Notes: generated from the sequence alone by a model not told the origin. Positions 1 to 11,946 are shown, counted from the whole stretch's first letter. The stretch: DNA of 61,808 nt, filler included, from Stramenopiles sp. TOSAG23-2 (GCA_900128395.1; 6 parts of 6 records of this genome joined end to end with filler, not necessarily neighbours in it), one strand, 5' to 3'. Program-made: numbers and translations.

Positions 1-2
1 GC

Positions 3-3000
3 ACTGGGCAAATTGTTAATATTATGGCCAACGATGCAGAAAAACCGATGCACTTTCTGAGAATGGCAAACTTTCTTTGGGGCGGCACGTTGAGAGCAAT
101 TGTTTGCATTATTTTGATATATGTACAAATTGGTAATGCCACGTGGGCTGGTGTTGCACTTTTATCTTTGCTTTTTCCAATTAACAAAAGGGTCTTTACA
201 ATTGTACGAAAATTGAGGACAAAGTTATTGCTACAATCAGATGAGCGAGTGAAATTAACTAATGAAGTTATCAATGGAATTCGAGTGGTAAAATTTTATA
301 ATTGGGAAGCCGCATTTGAAGAAAAAATCAGTGTAGAACGAGAGAAAGAATTGGCTTTATTGCAAAGGTTGGCATGGACACATGCATTTGGTTTCGTTAT
401 GATTCTTCGCTCTGTGCCTTTAATACTACCCCTTGTTGTTTTTCCTTTGGCAAGTAATTTAGGTGTCACGATTACAGCGTCGAAAGCTTTCACTACTATT
501 GCTTTATTTTCCATTTTAAGATTACCTTTTTCATGGCTTCCAGGTGCATTTTTAAATCTTATAGAAGCAAAAGTATCAATTCGAAGAATGCAAAATTTTC
601 TTTTATTACGGGAATTACCAACGAAAGACGTATTAGAACCAACCAATGTTGATGTTTCAACAGGTTTGGTACCATCAATTGAAATTGAAAATTTATCCTA
701 TAGTTGGAATATAGAAGAGCGAAGAAAATTAACTTTGAATGAAATAAATTTAAAAATATTCCCTGGTGAACTTGTCGCTGTTGTCGGGTCGGTTGGATCG
801 GGAAAATCTAGTTTACTATCAGCAATTTTAAACGAAATTGCTGTGGTAAATCCAACTGATTCAAAAAATGATGCAGTTCGTAGAAAAGGTTCGATTGCGT
901 ATGTAAGTCAACAAGCATGGATATTGAACGCTACACTAAGAGACAATATCGTTTTTGGGGATGCATTTGATCCCGTTAAATATCAACAAGTAATTGATGA
1001 TTGTGCTCTTGGTCCAGATTTGGAGGTAATTAAAGGTGGTGATATGGCTGAAATAGGGGAACGCGGCATCAATATTTCCGGAGGACAAAAAGCCCGCATT
1101 GCACTTGCTAGAAGTGTTTACTTAAGCAAGGATATTTATTTAATTGACGATTCGCTATCAGCTGTTGATGCTCATGTTGGGGCTCACATTTTTAATAAAT
1201 GTATTACTGGTTGTTTATCTGATAAGACCCGGGTATTTGTCACCAATTCATTGCAATATTTATCTCGATGCGATAGAATCATTATGTTGGAAAGTGGCAA
1301 GATTGTTCATTTTGATACATATGAAAAATTAACTTCGCTTGGTATCGATTTCGGTATGAATCAAAATGATGATGATCAAGATGCACATGAACCTGTAGAT
1401 ACAAATGGTCTACCAATAGCAAATGGCATAAAGAATGAAGCTAGTGTCAATGAAGAAGGTAAAAAGAACTCAAAAAAAGAACAAAACCATAAAGAAGGTT
1501 CAAATAATTTGACAGAGGCTGAAGACCGTGACGTTGGCGCCGTATCATTTTCACGGTACAGTTATTACTTTAAAAGTGCTGGTTGTACATTAGTTCTAAT
1601 ATGGTTATGTAGTGATATGTTTAGAAGAGGATCAGAAATTGCTGGGCCGTTCATTTTAAGTGATTGGTCTGAAAATTCAATTCGCAAGTGTGAATTACTA
1701 TTGAAAAATAAATATAATAACACTGTATCCCCACATGGTAGCACTGAAAGTCAAACTAATGTTAATGAATGCCATTTACCTCCAGAGGAAAGCTTGCCAT
1801 ATATCAATGCATATATCGGGATAGGCTTGATTGCGATTATTTTTATATGTTCCAAAGCGATTGTCATGGCTGTGATTCGAGTAAAAGTTGGTCGTATTTT
1901 GCATGCACGAATGTTAACGTCAATATTAAGAGCTCCTACACGATTCTTCGACACAACACCGATTGGAAGAATTTTAAATCGTTTTGCAAGTGATACTAAT
2001 AGGGTGGACAACGAAGTTAGTCAATCTCTAATGGGTTTAAGCATGTGTCTTGCAAATGTTATTGGTGCATATGTGGCAATATCTATATCTACTTACGGCT
2101 TTGCAATTTTCATATTAATACCTTTGACTTGGTTGTATGAAAAAATTGCTACTTATTTTCGGAAAACAATGAGAGAAATTAAAAGGCTTGAGTCTTTATC
2201 CAGATCATACATGTTTGCCTCTTTTTCAGAAGCTATTAATGGTGCTTCTAGTATACGGGCGTATAATGTTACGCAACGATTTATTAAAAAAAATGAGGGG
2301 AGTTTTACTATTAACACCCGTAACCATTTAAGTCTGGGTTTTGCTGGCATGTGGTTAAGCATAAGATTAGATGGACTTGCCTCCATACTATCGTTTCTAG
2401 TAGCTGTATATGCTACGATCAGTCAAGGTTCCGCCTATGCAATCCCACCAGGATGGATTGGACTAGGTTTAATTATATGTTTCGAATTGACACAATATTT
2501 GAAACATGGTGTACATCAAGTTGCGAACGCTGAAGTATGTATGAACAGCGTGGAGCGTGTTATGTATTACTCAGAAGACATCGATCAAGAGCAAACGCCT
2601 GATAAAGCTACCATTACACCTATGCCTTCATGGCCTGAGTTTGGAAAAATTAAAGTTTCAAATCTGTCTATGCGCTATCGAATGAATTTACCTTTGGTTC
2701 TCAACGATATTTCGTTTGAAGTTAAGGCTGGAGAACACGTTGGCGTGGTCGGAAGAACTGGTGCTGGGAAATCTAGCCTTTTAACAGCATTTTTTCGCAT
2801 TGTGGAACCTGAAAATGGGGCAGTTTTTATTGATGATGTAAATACTAAATGTATTTCTTTGGATGCGTTGAGGTCTAATTTAACAATTATACCTCAAGAT
2901 CCATGTATGTTTAGCACAACTGTACGACAAAATCTTGATCCATTCAAAAATCACACTGATGAAGAATTGTGGGAAGCACTTGCAAAATGCCAAATGAAAG

Positions 3001-3507
3001 AGGTTGTAAAAGGTTTGAAAGGGAAATTAAATTTTTATGTCGCTGAAAGGGGTGAAAATTTCAGCGTTGGTCAACGACAATTATTGTGCATTGCAAGGGC
3101 ATTGATACGAAAGCCAAAAGTATTGATGCTAGACGAAGCAACTGCTAGCATTGATCAGGAGAGCGACACCTTTATACAGAAAACCATACGTGAAGCATTT
3201 GGTGATATAACAGTGATAACTATAGCACACAGGTACGTATATATATATCCACTTTAAATATATTGTATTCGCATTAACACTTTTATTTTTATATTATATA
3301 TATTATTGTCACAGGATAAATACTATTATAGATAGTGACAAAGTGTTAGTGATGGAAGAAGGCAAAATCGCAGAATACGATTCTCCAAAAAATCTGTTGA
3401 ACCAAAAGGATAGCATGTTTTCTAAATTGATAAATAATATGGGTGAAGAAGCTGCTAACCACATGCGAACTTTAGCTAATGCAAACATGGTAAAAATTAA
3501 AATGTAA
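3..3507 (+). CDS. ABCC/MRP-family ABC transporter, 5'-truncated at the contig start; exons 3..3232 and 3315..3507
   Basis: The frame is open from the window start ([11 protein letters not shown]). NBD1 has GSVGSGKSS and [16 protein letters not shown]2 has [17 protein letters not shown]2 has [19 protein letters not shown] and LDEATASID. Splicing restores [28 protein letters not shown], with the stop at 3505-3507. Confidence 0.95.
3233..3314 (+). other. 82-nt spliceosomal GT-AG intron in the ABCC gene
   Basis: AG|GTACGT donor and TGTCACAG|G acceptor. Removal restores the conserved H-loop AHR-xxTI-xDSD motif in frame. Confidence 0.92.
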
Positions 3508-3736
3508 TAAAAATTGAATTTATCAGTATTATATAAAATAATTCTCTTATTTATCAGTATTATATAATTAATTTACGCATAATTTATTGTTTTAATTTAC
3601 TCACATGATAATTCCTACTCTTCAAAAGAATACAATAACTGAAATAATCTATCTCACACTAGTGTGTTGATATTCTCATAATCGAGAATACCAATGAAGG
3701 TAAATAGGTAGTATCAACTACTCATAATAGCTGATT

Positions 3737-3842
3737 GAAAACGTACATCATAGGAAGGCGGAGAATAAATTGTACCAGGGTACAATTCAGAAAACGTACA
3801 TCATAGGAAGGCGGAGAATAAATTGTACCAGGGTACAATTCA
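3737..3842. repeat. Exact 53-bp tandem duplication; each unit contains the hairpin AATTGTACC-AG-GGTACAATT
   Basis: Direct comparison of 3737-3789 with 3790-3842. Confidence 0.9.
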
Positions 3843-4520
3843 GTATTATAGATATCTTCATTATTAAAATAATGGCACACTCTGTGGAGTAAGATTAACT
3901 CTATCGCAATGTTACGATTCACTGTCTATCAATTTCAGTTTAGTGGAGATAGATGTTATTGCCTCAGTTGTTGTAGTCAATATGAACGTATTTACACCGC
4001 CATCTGGCCATGTGCCCACATATTAAAAATTGAATAGCACAATCCAAAATAATAATCCTTCTGCAAGATCTAACTACTGTATCAAATTTCTATATAATAG
4101 TTCTTTTACTACGTAAATCGTGCAATCTGTACCCCACTGTTTTGGGGAGTTTTCATCCGTCTTATTTACACCCTTAAATAGAAGAAGAAGATGTGGACTT
4201 GAGTTGATAGTAGCTTAAAGTAGTAGTGTTTTTTATTTTAGTATAAAATAATCACGACACTAATTATACATTTTTGTTACGATGTGCACAAAATAAAAAT
4301 GAATGAAGGAAAAGAACGACGACGAGGAGGAGAAATAATACAACTTATAATATAATAGATGATAATAAATATAAAAAAGCACAAAATAGAAAGATATTGA
4401 TAGAAATATATTAGAGTATATATATGTATGATACATGAAAAAACAAAAATAAGGATAAATTCAATACAAATAAACTTATTACTATTATCCACAAAGACCC
4501 AATAATACAGACGTACATAC

Positions 4521-4544
4521 ACCACACCACACCACACCACACCA

Positions 4545-4596
<52 letters not shown>

Positions 4597-4619
4597 TCAT
4601 ATATATATATATATATATA
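4521..4619. repeat. Compound microsatellite (CACAC)n/(CA)n/(TA)n immediately upstream of CCDC22
   Basis: Seen directly in the sequence. Confidence 0.95.
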
Positions 4620-4627
4620 CATCCATC

Positions 4628-6511
4628 ATGTCTGAAGGGGATGAGATTTTATTTATATCCTTTAAACAAGCGGGTATTGAAATATCAGAGGAAGTAAAAA
4701 CCATTGAAGATTTTGATGCAAGTAACGTAATAAGCGTGTGTTCGCAAAGTCTAAAAATTATACATACAGCAACTGGTACTATTAATAATAAAGTAAAAAA
4801 ATTACCAGAGAGTTTACCAAAAAATGTTGCAGCAAGACATCGTGTATGTACAAATCTAGGTACTTTTATTAAAGCGCTTGGATATACTGGTGAAACCGGC
4901 TATAATCAATTTTTATATCCAAATGGTAAAGATGTCCGTAATTTACTATTATGGTTGATTGATCAACTCCCAAAAGATGAAGGTGGCGAAGGTGAAGCGA
5001 TTGGCGCAGGTGCCGTGTTGCAAAATAAGATCAAAAAATCATTAAAAGGTTGGAAAAATAAAAGATGGACACCACATTTTGCCAGCATCAACCCACTATG
5101 TGGCACTTTTGAGGCGCTGCCTATTTATACAGCAGAGACAGAGACAAAAACGAATGATGAATACATCACAAAATATGGCAATTCGAAGCAATTGTCAGAT
5201 GTTTCAAAACAAGTGGCGTATTCAACGCAACTGTGTCCATCTATAATACAAAACAACATGGGTAAAGTATTAAAAGAAACCGCAAATGAAAAATTGTTAG
5301 ATGAGGCCGGCTTAGATGATATTGCAAGTTTTCGTAAGAAGAAATTACATAACTTGAATTCGTACTTAAAAAACGCATTGATACGAAATAATGCGGGAGG
5401 AAATGCTGATAAATTCACTGGTGATGGGAATGACAACGCGTCGATGGATGAATTGATTGCATCGCTTGGCAAAGGTGGTGGAGATGATGAGAGTAACCGC
5501 TTTAAAAATCAAACCGCTTTTACCCAAGAACAATCTGATATGAATGAAAAAGATACACCAGATGCAGAAGAAAAAGATGCCGAAACGATAAGAAAAGAAA
5601 GAGATGATGAGATAAATCAATTAGATAGTGAATTACAAGCACTTTTAGCATTCTTATCACATGCTTCAAAAGGCAGTGAAAAATTAGGAACGGAGACAAA
5701 GAAATACCAAGATGGATTGAAAGGCATGGAAGAGAAAGTGACAAATGCAGAAAAAGAATACCAAGTAAAAAATAGAACGTTACAAATGCTTCCAAATGCT
5801 GAAGAAAATATTCAAAAATTACGAGATATATGTTCGCAAAAAGAGAAGAAGCTTAAAGATTTGGCGGATCAATGGGAGGAATGGAAAGGACCAATGATGA
5901 AAGAATATGATGCCATCATGGCAAAATTAACCAAACGAAAATCGGAAGGCCGCTGGAAAGTTGCGGAAATGCGACGTATGCGAGAGGAAATGCGTGGAAT
6001 GGCTGGAACTATACGTGAAGCGGAGGAGCGATACAAATTATTGTCAGAAGAATTTGAAAAAATGCCTAAATCAATTAATCGTGCTGTATATACCTATAGG
6101 ATTATGGATATTATTAAGCAAATACGTAAACAAAAAAACGAAATTGAACGAATCGTTGATGATATACGCAGTGTACAACGAGCATTAAACATCACATCAC
6201 AGAAATTAACGCGGGTGGAAGCCATAACAGATGAGCACGTGTTTCAAGCAGCGAAACGAGCAACTGATCCGGCATATGTAAAAGCCTATCGTATGTTGGC
6301 AAATGTACGTGAAATATTTGAGGCATTAGTATCTACTGCACAAGAGGCTGGAAAATTTGAAAATAATAGTCGTGATTTAGAGCAGATGTCGAAGAAGCTA
6401 ACAATTAGAAATACGGCACAAAATATGGAGAGGGTATTGTCTGATTTGGACGCTGTTAAACAAGAAAATATTGCCATGGCAAAGAAAATAAAAAAGATAC
6501 AGCGGACTTGA
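4628..6511 (+). CDS. CCDC22: Coiled-coil domain-containing protein 22 (CCC/Commander complex)
   Basis: The N-terminus EGDEILFISFKQAG and LGYTGETGYNQFLYP..DVRNLLLWLIDQLP, and the C-terminal RAVYTYRIMDIIKQIRKQKNEI..TDEHVFQAAK..KAY, match CCDC22 motifs. Confidence 0.92.
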   Translation: MSEGDEILFISFKQAGIEISEEVKTIEDFDASNVISVCSQSLKIIHTATGTINNKVKKLPESLPKNVAARHRVCTNLGTFIKALGYTGETGYNQFLYPNGKDVRNLLLWLIDQLPKDEGGEGEAIGAGAVLQNKIKKSLKGWKNKRWTPHFASINPLCGTFEALPIYTAETETKTNDEYITKYGNSKQLSDVSKQVAYSTQLCPSIIQNNMGKVLKETANEKLLDEAGLDDIASFRKKKLHNLNSYLKNALIRNNAGGNADKFTGDGNDNASMDELIASLGKGGGDDESNRFKNQTAFTQEQSDMNEKDTPDAEEKDAETIRKERDDEINQLDSELQALLAFLSHASKGSEKLGTETKKYQDGLKGMEEKVTNAEKEYQVKNRTLQMLPNAEENIQKLRDICSQKEKKLKDLADQWEEWKGPMMKEYDAIMAKLTKRKSEGRWKVAEMRRMREEMRGMAGTIREAEERYKLLSEEFEKMPKSINRAVYTYRIMDIIKQIRKQKNEIERIVDDIRSVQRALNITSQKLTRVEAITDEHVFQAAKRATDPAYVKAYRMLANVREIFEALVSTAQEAGKFENNSRDLEQMSKKLTIRNTAQNMERVLSDLDAVKQENIAMAKKIKKIQRT

Positions 6512-6663
6512 CCCATTAAAAATAAATTTATATATATATTATATATATTGATTAAACCATGTGATTTACAACTTTATGAAGGAGTATCTCTTTCGTCTAA
6601 CTCTGAATCACAGACAGAGGAACAATCTTTTGAATACTAAAAATAATTTTTACTAAAACTTTA

Positions 6664-6870
6664 TAAATCATTTTTGATTTAAGATGTTAATGAACGGGAG
6701 TAAAAGAAATTTATATAATATATTTGAGTAAGAGAACATTTTATATATATATATCATTTAATACGTACCAGTATGATATAATAAATGAGTATTTAAATCA
6801 TTTTTTTGATTTGAGATGTTAATTTCCGGGAGTAAAAGAAATTTATATAATACATGAGTAAGAGAAAATG
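6664..6870 (+). repeat. Two diverged tandem copies of an AT-rich dispersed repeat (core GATGTTAA...CGGGAGTAAAAGAAATTTATATAATA...TGAGTAAGAGAA)
   Basis: Copies at ~6664-6740 and ~6757-6870. An inverted related copy lies at ~41113-41240 on another contig. Confidence 0.8.
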
Positions 6871-7052
6871 TTTATGCTTATATATCACTCTAGTATATTA
6901 TGATATGATGCATATGATATTATATAATTTGTTGTACTTCGTATTATACATATTTTTTATATGCGCTCTTTATGTGTGATGTATGTATGTATGTGTGCTT
7001 TAAATACTTCCTTTATCATATCTTGATCTATAAGTGTATGTATAAAAAATCC

Positions 7053-7871
7053 TCAAACTTTGATTAAATCTTTGAAATGATGTGCTGTACCCGGCAATGT
7101 TTCATTTTCAATATGTTCAATAACAAATGGATTTGGGTAAATACGACAAAATGCACGATATTTCAACAAGGTAATTGGTATAGGTCCATAGTCCCTGGAG
7201 TCACTGGAATTTCTTGGATTATCTCCTTGTAGCCATACATGTCCGTGTGGTATTATATATTCCTCAAACGGTCCTCGTTTCGAACAACGTATTTTAGGTA
7301 TATGTACAACATCACCAGCAACTGCACGGACACGTTTCACGACATATTGACCAGGTTTTGTTGGTGATTTAGCCACTACTACATCGCCTACATGATAGTC
7401 CCGAAATATTGGAGTAATTGCTTCAACAATTAATAAATCGCCGACTACATGAAATGTGTCTAACATAGATGGACCCATAACCAAAGTTACATATGCCACA
7501 TGTTCAGTAAATATATAAGCAATACTTGCAAAAACTAATACACGGAAAAAATATTCGCCAAATTCTGAGACTGATTCTTTTACTTTTGTAATACTATTAG
7601 CAGTTTCTTTAACTTCTATTTTGGCTCCATCGAAAAGGCGTCGGATCACTTCTTTTATATTCTTCTTGTTATGATTAATATTCTTCTGGTTTGCAGTGAC
7701 AAAAAATCTTCTTGCAGTATGAACATGAAAATATTTACATTGAAAGTTATTGGTTTCCTTATTTGGTAATTTTTTGAAATGCTTTATTTTTTTCGAAATA
7801 TTCTGATGTCGACTAAAATAACTTTTCATCGTTCCGAAAGTCTTAAGTTTCATAAAGAAATCTCTTAACAT
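7053..7871 (-). CDS. IMP1: Mitochondrial inner membrane peptidase subunit 1 (S26 signal peptidase family)
   Basis: Catalytic Ser in GPSM and Lys in [28 protein letters not shown]; basic N-terminal presequence-like region. Confidence 0.88.
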   Translation of the reverse strand: MLRDFFMKLKTFGTMKSYFSRHQNISKKIKHFKKLPNKETNNFQCKYFHVHTARRFFVTANQKNINHNKKNIKEVIRRLFDGAKIEVKETANSITKVKESVSEFGEYFFRVLVFASIAYIFTEHVAYVTLVMGPSMLDTFHVVGDLLIVEAITPIFRDYHVGDVVVAKSPTKPGQYVVKRVRAVAGDVVHIPKIRCSKRGPFEEYIIPHGHVWLQGDNPRNSSDSRDYGPIPITLLKYRAFCRIYPNPFVIEHIENETLPGTAHHFKDLIKV

Positions 7872-8080
7872 TTTTATTATTTATTTTAATTATTAAACAA
7901 ATCCGAACAGTTAACGAGAACGAATTAAAAACTATACATATATTATAGTATAATATAATATGTTATTATACAACATATAGAGAATTATTTATGTATATGC
8001 TGGTATGTATAATTACATCAGTAGTATTCGTGTGTGGTTAACTTTATTAGAATTATTATATTATTATTATTTCAATTATA

Positions 8081-8980
8081 TACTGGTTGTCCCGGATTAA
8101 CTACACACATGTTTAAAAAATTTAGAAAATTTTTAATTTTTATTTTTGTGAAAATCCAAGCGAGGAATGTTTGACTCACATATATAGAAAGGTGCAGAAA
8201 TAGTTTCCATAACTAAAACAAAAGTTTTTTTTACTTTTCTTGAGTGGAAATAGTTCAAACAAAGTTGATTAGGAATTGCAAATTGGAAGATCTAAATCTT
8301 AAATGATTATACCGGATTTACTTTACCGCCTTTATGCTATTTCTATGCTATCAACATTTTTAGATTTTTGCGCGAAATAAATTTCACTTTGGATTTATAA
8401 GTATCTAAATTCTTGCTATGCACCTGCTATTTCCCAATATTCCAAAAAGATACAGCTGCTTCAGATATCATATTAAGTAAAATTAATTAAATCATATGAT
8501 TAATAAGTTTAATTGATTTTAATGTGTTGTACTTGATGATTCTGTCTCCTAATTTATATTTCCTGATGAAATAACAATATTTTTGACATAAAATACTCAA
8601 GTATAAATAAATATTGTATTATTTTTGACATAAAATACTCAAGTATAAAAAATACATTGTATTCTTATTATTCATCTTATAAAAATTAGTATACCAAAAT
8701 TTATGCCTATCGATTTGTTTAAAAATATTAGTATACCAAAAACCATGCCTACTGATTAAAATACCCTTATTATATTTAATTATTTTTTGGTTTTTTTAAA
8801 TGGTAGGCATATATTTTAGTATACTAGTCCTCTGATGTAAAAGATAATGCAAGTTTGATGAACCACTTAAATATAGGCTAGCTAATATATTGCTGGAAAT
8901 ATCCAATTATTAAAATGGCACAGTATTGGAAAATTCTACTTTGGCTTCTTGTATGTGTAGTTAATCCGGGACAACCAGTA
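8081..8980. mobile_element. Non-autonomous DNA transposon/MITE-like element with terminal inverted repeats and TA flanks (Tc1/mariner-type signature)
   Basis: 8078-8107 (ATATACTGGTTGTCCCGGATTAACTACACA) is the perfect reverse complement of 8954-8983. TA lies on both sides and there is no internal ORF of 60 aa or more. Confidence 0.8.
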
Positions 8981-9097
8981 TATTCGATAATCTAATTTCA
9001 AAGAATAGCACAATAGCACAATTCAGGCACAATTCTACCATTTTTCTACACTTAATTTATATATTTCTTAGTATATATAAAACAAAATCTTCCTCCT

Positions 9098-9331
9098 TCA
9101 AGTACAACAAATACCTAATCTGACCTATCAAATATATCAAACACTACAAATCTACTGAGTATATGAAAAGGACTATATTAAGTATAAATATGATAGGAAA
9201 TGAAAAACAGAAAACATGGCAGAAAAACACAATTTTCAAGAGTAAAATGTTGAAAGTGCTCTGACAATGCTAATTTATACAGTGCTATTTCCATATATTT
9301 AAAAAAACTTCATAGGGACAATTATCATTAC
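9098..9331 (+). repeat. ~230-bp dispersed repeat, copy 1
   Basis: Closely similar (roughly 90% by eye) to 51327-51558; both share AATACCTAATCTGACCTATCAAATATATCAAACACTACAAATCTACTGAGTATAT. Confidence 0.9.
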
Positions 9332-10302
9332 ATATTTTTTTCCTCTGTGCAAAAATGGTAAAATTGAATATATCGATAGTGCTGTCTACATCATTACCAT
9401 TTTTGGAGGTGCACAGAGATACAATGTATTGCATAGTCATATGTTGAATCTCATAAATTCAGAAGATGTGCATAGTTTCAGAATTGGTGTGGCTATATAT
9501 ATATTAATTAGAACAGGTATCCGACCTGATTTTGCAGGATCTGTAAGACCGTATGATAATACACGAGGGAGGGTACCTTTTTTTTTCGTGCAAAATTACT
9601 CGTTTGGCCTATATACCAATCTTTACTACATGGGTGTACTTTTGGTCATCCGTTGTGCTGTTAATTGAAACACTGCAACATACAGATAACAACAATGTTG
9701 GTGGGCAGCATAATGTTTATTTGTATACATCAGATACAATGTATCATAATTTGTATGTTACAGGTGGGAAAACAAACAACAAAATATTCTAAAAAAGATG
9801 ATGGTCATAATAATATTGTCGATAGGTCTTCAAGTAACAATGAAACCGGTATACACGTCCACTATTATCGATGGGAATACATCCACTATTATTGGAGATG
9901 CAATGTGGATGCGATTGCATACATCAAATGGTGGAGTATTGGTTGGGAATACAAGGGACCATTTAATTGAAAAATTTAAAAATATCAAAACCTGAAGGAA
10001 ATAGAATAATGCTATTTACATGTTTAATTCAGTCATCCTAATTCCTTAATTTCATGTTAAATTTTAGGGTTTTTATTTTCAAACACAACAATAATAAACA
10101 AAAATGGATAAGAGAAGAAAATATAAAAATACTTCTCTCTAACTACATCATATCATAAATACAAACAACATGTTACCACTCTTTTTTTGTAAAATCATCA
10201 TCATTGATGGTAACTTCTCCAACAACCATACCAAACTATATATAAAAAAATGAACCCATCTACTCCACCAACATTAAAGCAATTAAAAGCATTAGGATGT
10301 TC

Positions 10303-10402
10303 NNNNNNNNNNNNNNNNNNNNNNNNNNNNNNNNNNNNNNNNNNNNTTAATTAATTAANNNNNNNNNNNNNNNNNNNNNNNNNNNNNNNNNNNNNNNNNN
10401 NN
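10303..10402. other. Artificial contig-joining spacer N44-TTAATTAATTAA-N44
   Basis: An identical 100-nt spacer, with stops in all six frames, occurs five times. Confidence 0.98.
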
Positions 10403-11946
10403 TTCGTACATTGAATGCAGGTGCAAAAGGTGTAAGTGGTGAATTGATGTTTAGTACAGGTATTACCACATCTGGATCATCTGGATCGATATCAATCGGT
10501 ACTGGTACGGCATGTAATGGTAAAGGTGGTGATATAATGATCAAAGTTGGTGATGGTAACACATTAGATGGTGGACATATATTTTTATTTGCTGGTAAAA
10601 CAGAAGCTACAGAACATTCAACTGGTGGATCAATTTCAATACGAAGTGGATATAGTTTACTTCGATCTAGTGGTACCATCCAAATTCGTACATTGAATGC
10701 AGGTACTTTGGGTGTAAGTGGTGAATTGATGTTTAGTACAGGTACTACATCATGTGGATCATCTGGATCAATATCGATTGGTACTGGTACCGCAACTAAT
10801 GGCAAGGGGGGAGGCGTCTATATAACAGTGGGCAAATCGGCTTCAGACGTTGATGGTGGAGATATAAAACTGAAGGCAGGCAATAGTGAAGGGTCTTCTT
10901 CCGGCAATGGTGGCGACATTGAACTTGTTGCTGGGACAAAAGCAGCGGGGTCTGCGACACCCGGAGAGATAAGAATAGTGGGTACAACTGGATCAACTGC
11001 CTTTCATGTTGATGACGGCAAATCTCAATTTGATGAGCTAGTAACTTTATCAGCTGGGCTTACTTTAGATCATGGTACGTCAAATGTGATTACGATAACC
11101 AGTGGTAAGGCAGCGGCATTGAGTTTCAAGCATGGATCAACAACCGTCATGAAATTGGATACCACTGGTACTGCATCTACTACTAAAATAACAGGAGCTG
11201 TTATTGTGACTGGTGGTGTTGGTATTAGTGGTCAAGTAACATCTGATACAATGGAAAGTATTGCTGGATTAACCGTTGGAACTGATGCAATTATCAATGG
11301 TGGTGATATTGATATGAGTGGTAGCAATTCAAATAACTTTGTGCTTCCAGCAACTCAATCTGAAGCATTGAGTTTCAAGCATGGATCAACAACCGTCATG
11401 AAATTGGATACCACTGGTACTGCATCTACTACTAAAATAACAGGAGCTGTTATTGTGACTGGTGGTGTTGGTATTAGTGGTCAAGTAACATCTGATACAA
11501 TGGAAACCACTGGTGATTTAACAGTTGGTGGGAATTTAGATGTTACCGGTTCAATAATCGGACTAAAGAAAGCGGTTGATAGCAATGGTCATACGCTTGA
11601 CGCAACTATGTCTGGTACAATATTATTGCCCTTATCAGAAGCGCGAACTTACACGCTTCCAGCTGTTAGTGGTTCTTCTGGTGTACATTTTATATTTATT
11701 GCGGGAAGTGAACATTGTCACATAATTCAAACTAAATCTAGTGCAACTGATATGTACGGGCATTATTACGCTGGTCAGGGTGGGGCAAGAACATTAATTA
11801 ATGGTGAAAAAAAAATAACATTGGGGTCCGATGGCTCCTCGTGCACTACGACTGATGTGAATATAGGGGATAGGCTTGAGTTTATTAGTGATGGTACAAA
11901 ATGGTATGTCAGTGGATTTCTAGAAAGTTCCGCACATGTGGAATAG
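10403..11946 (+). CDS. Gly/Ser/Thr-rich repetitive protein, 5'-truncated, with virus/phage fibre-like repeats and C-terminal module
   Basis: Open frame from the contig edge. It carries repeated RTLNAG..GVSGELMFSTG.T..GSSGSISIGTG units and an exact 142-nt internal repeat (11116-11257 = 11365-11506) containing TGAVIVTGGVGISG. The C-terminus reads TYTLPAV..GVHFIFI..GDRLEFISDGTKWYVSG. Confidence 0.75.

Noticed and set aside
3737-3842. CRISPR-like palindromic repeats
   Set aside because: Only two adjacent units, no unique spacers, no cas genes, and a eukaryotic context.
4277-4600. ORFs with poly-VC (Cys-rich) sequence
   Set aside because: Translations of the (CA)n microsatellite.
9340-9995. Several overlapping short ORFs after the dispersed repeat
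   Set aside because: Possibly a decayed gene, but I recognise no family motif, so it is not called.
10250-10302. ATG-started open frame (MNPSTPPTLKQLKALGC) as the start of the fibre-like gene
   Set aside because: It is on a different, unlinked contig and too short to assign.
10347-10358. TTAATTAATTAA inside each N-run as a biological motif (e.g. piggyBac TTAA site)
   Set aside because: It is identical and centred in all five 100-nt gaps, so it is an artificial six-frame stop linker.
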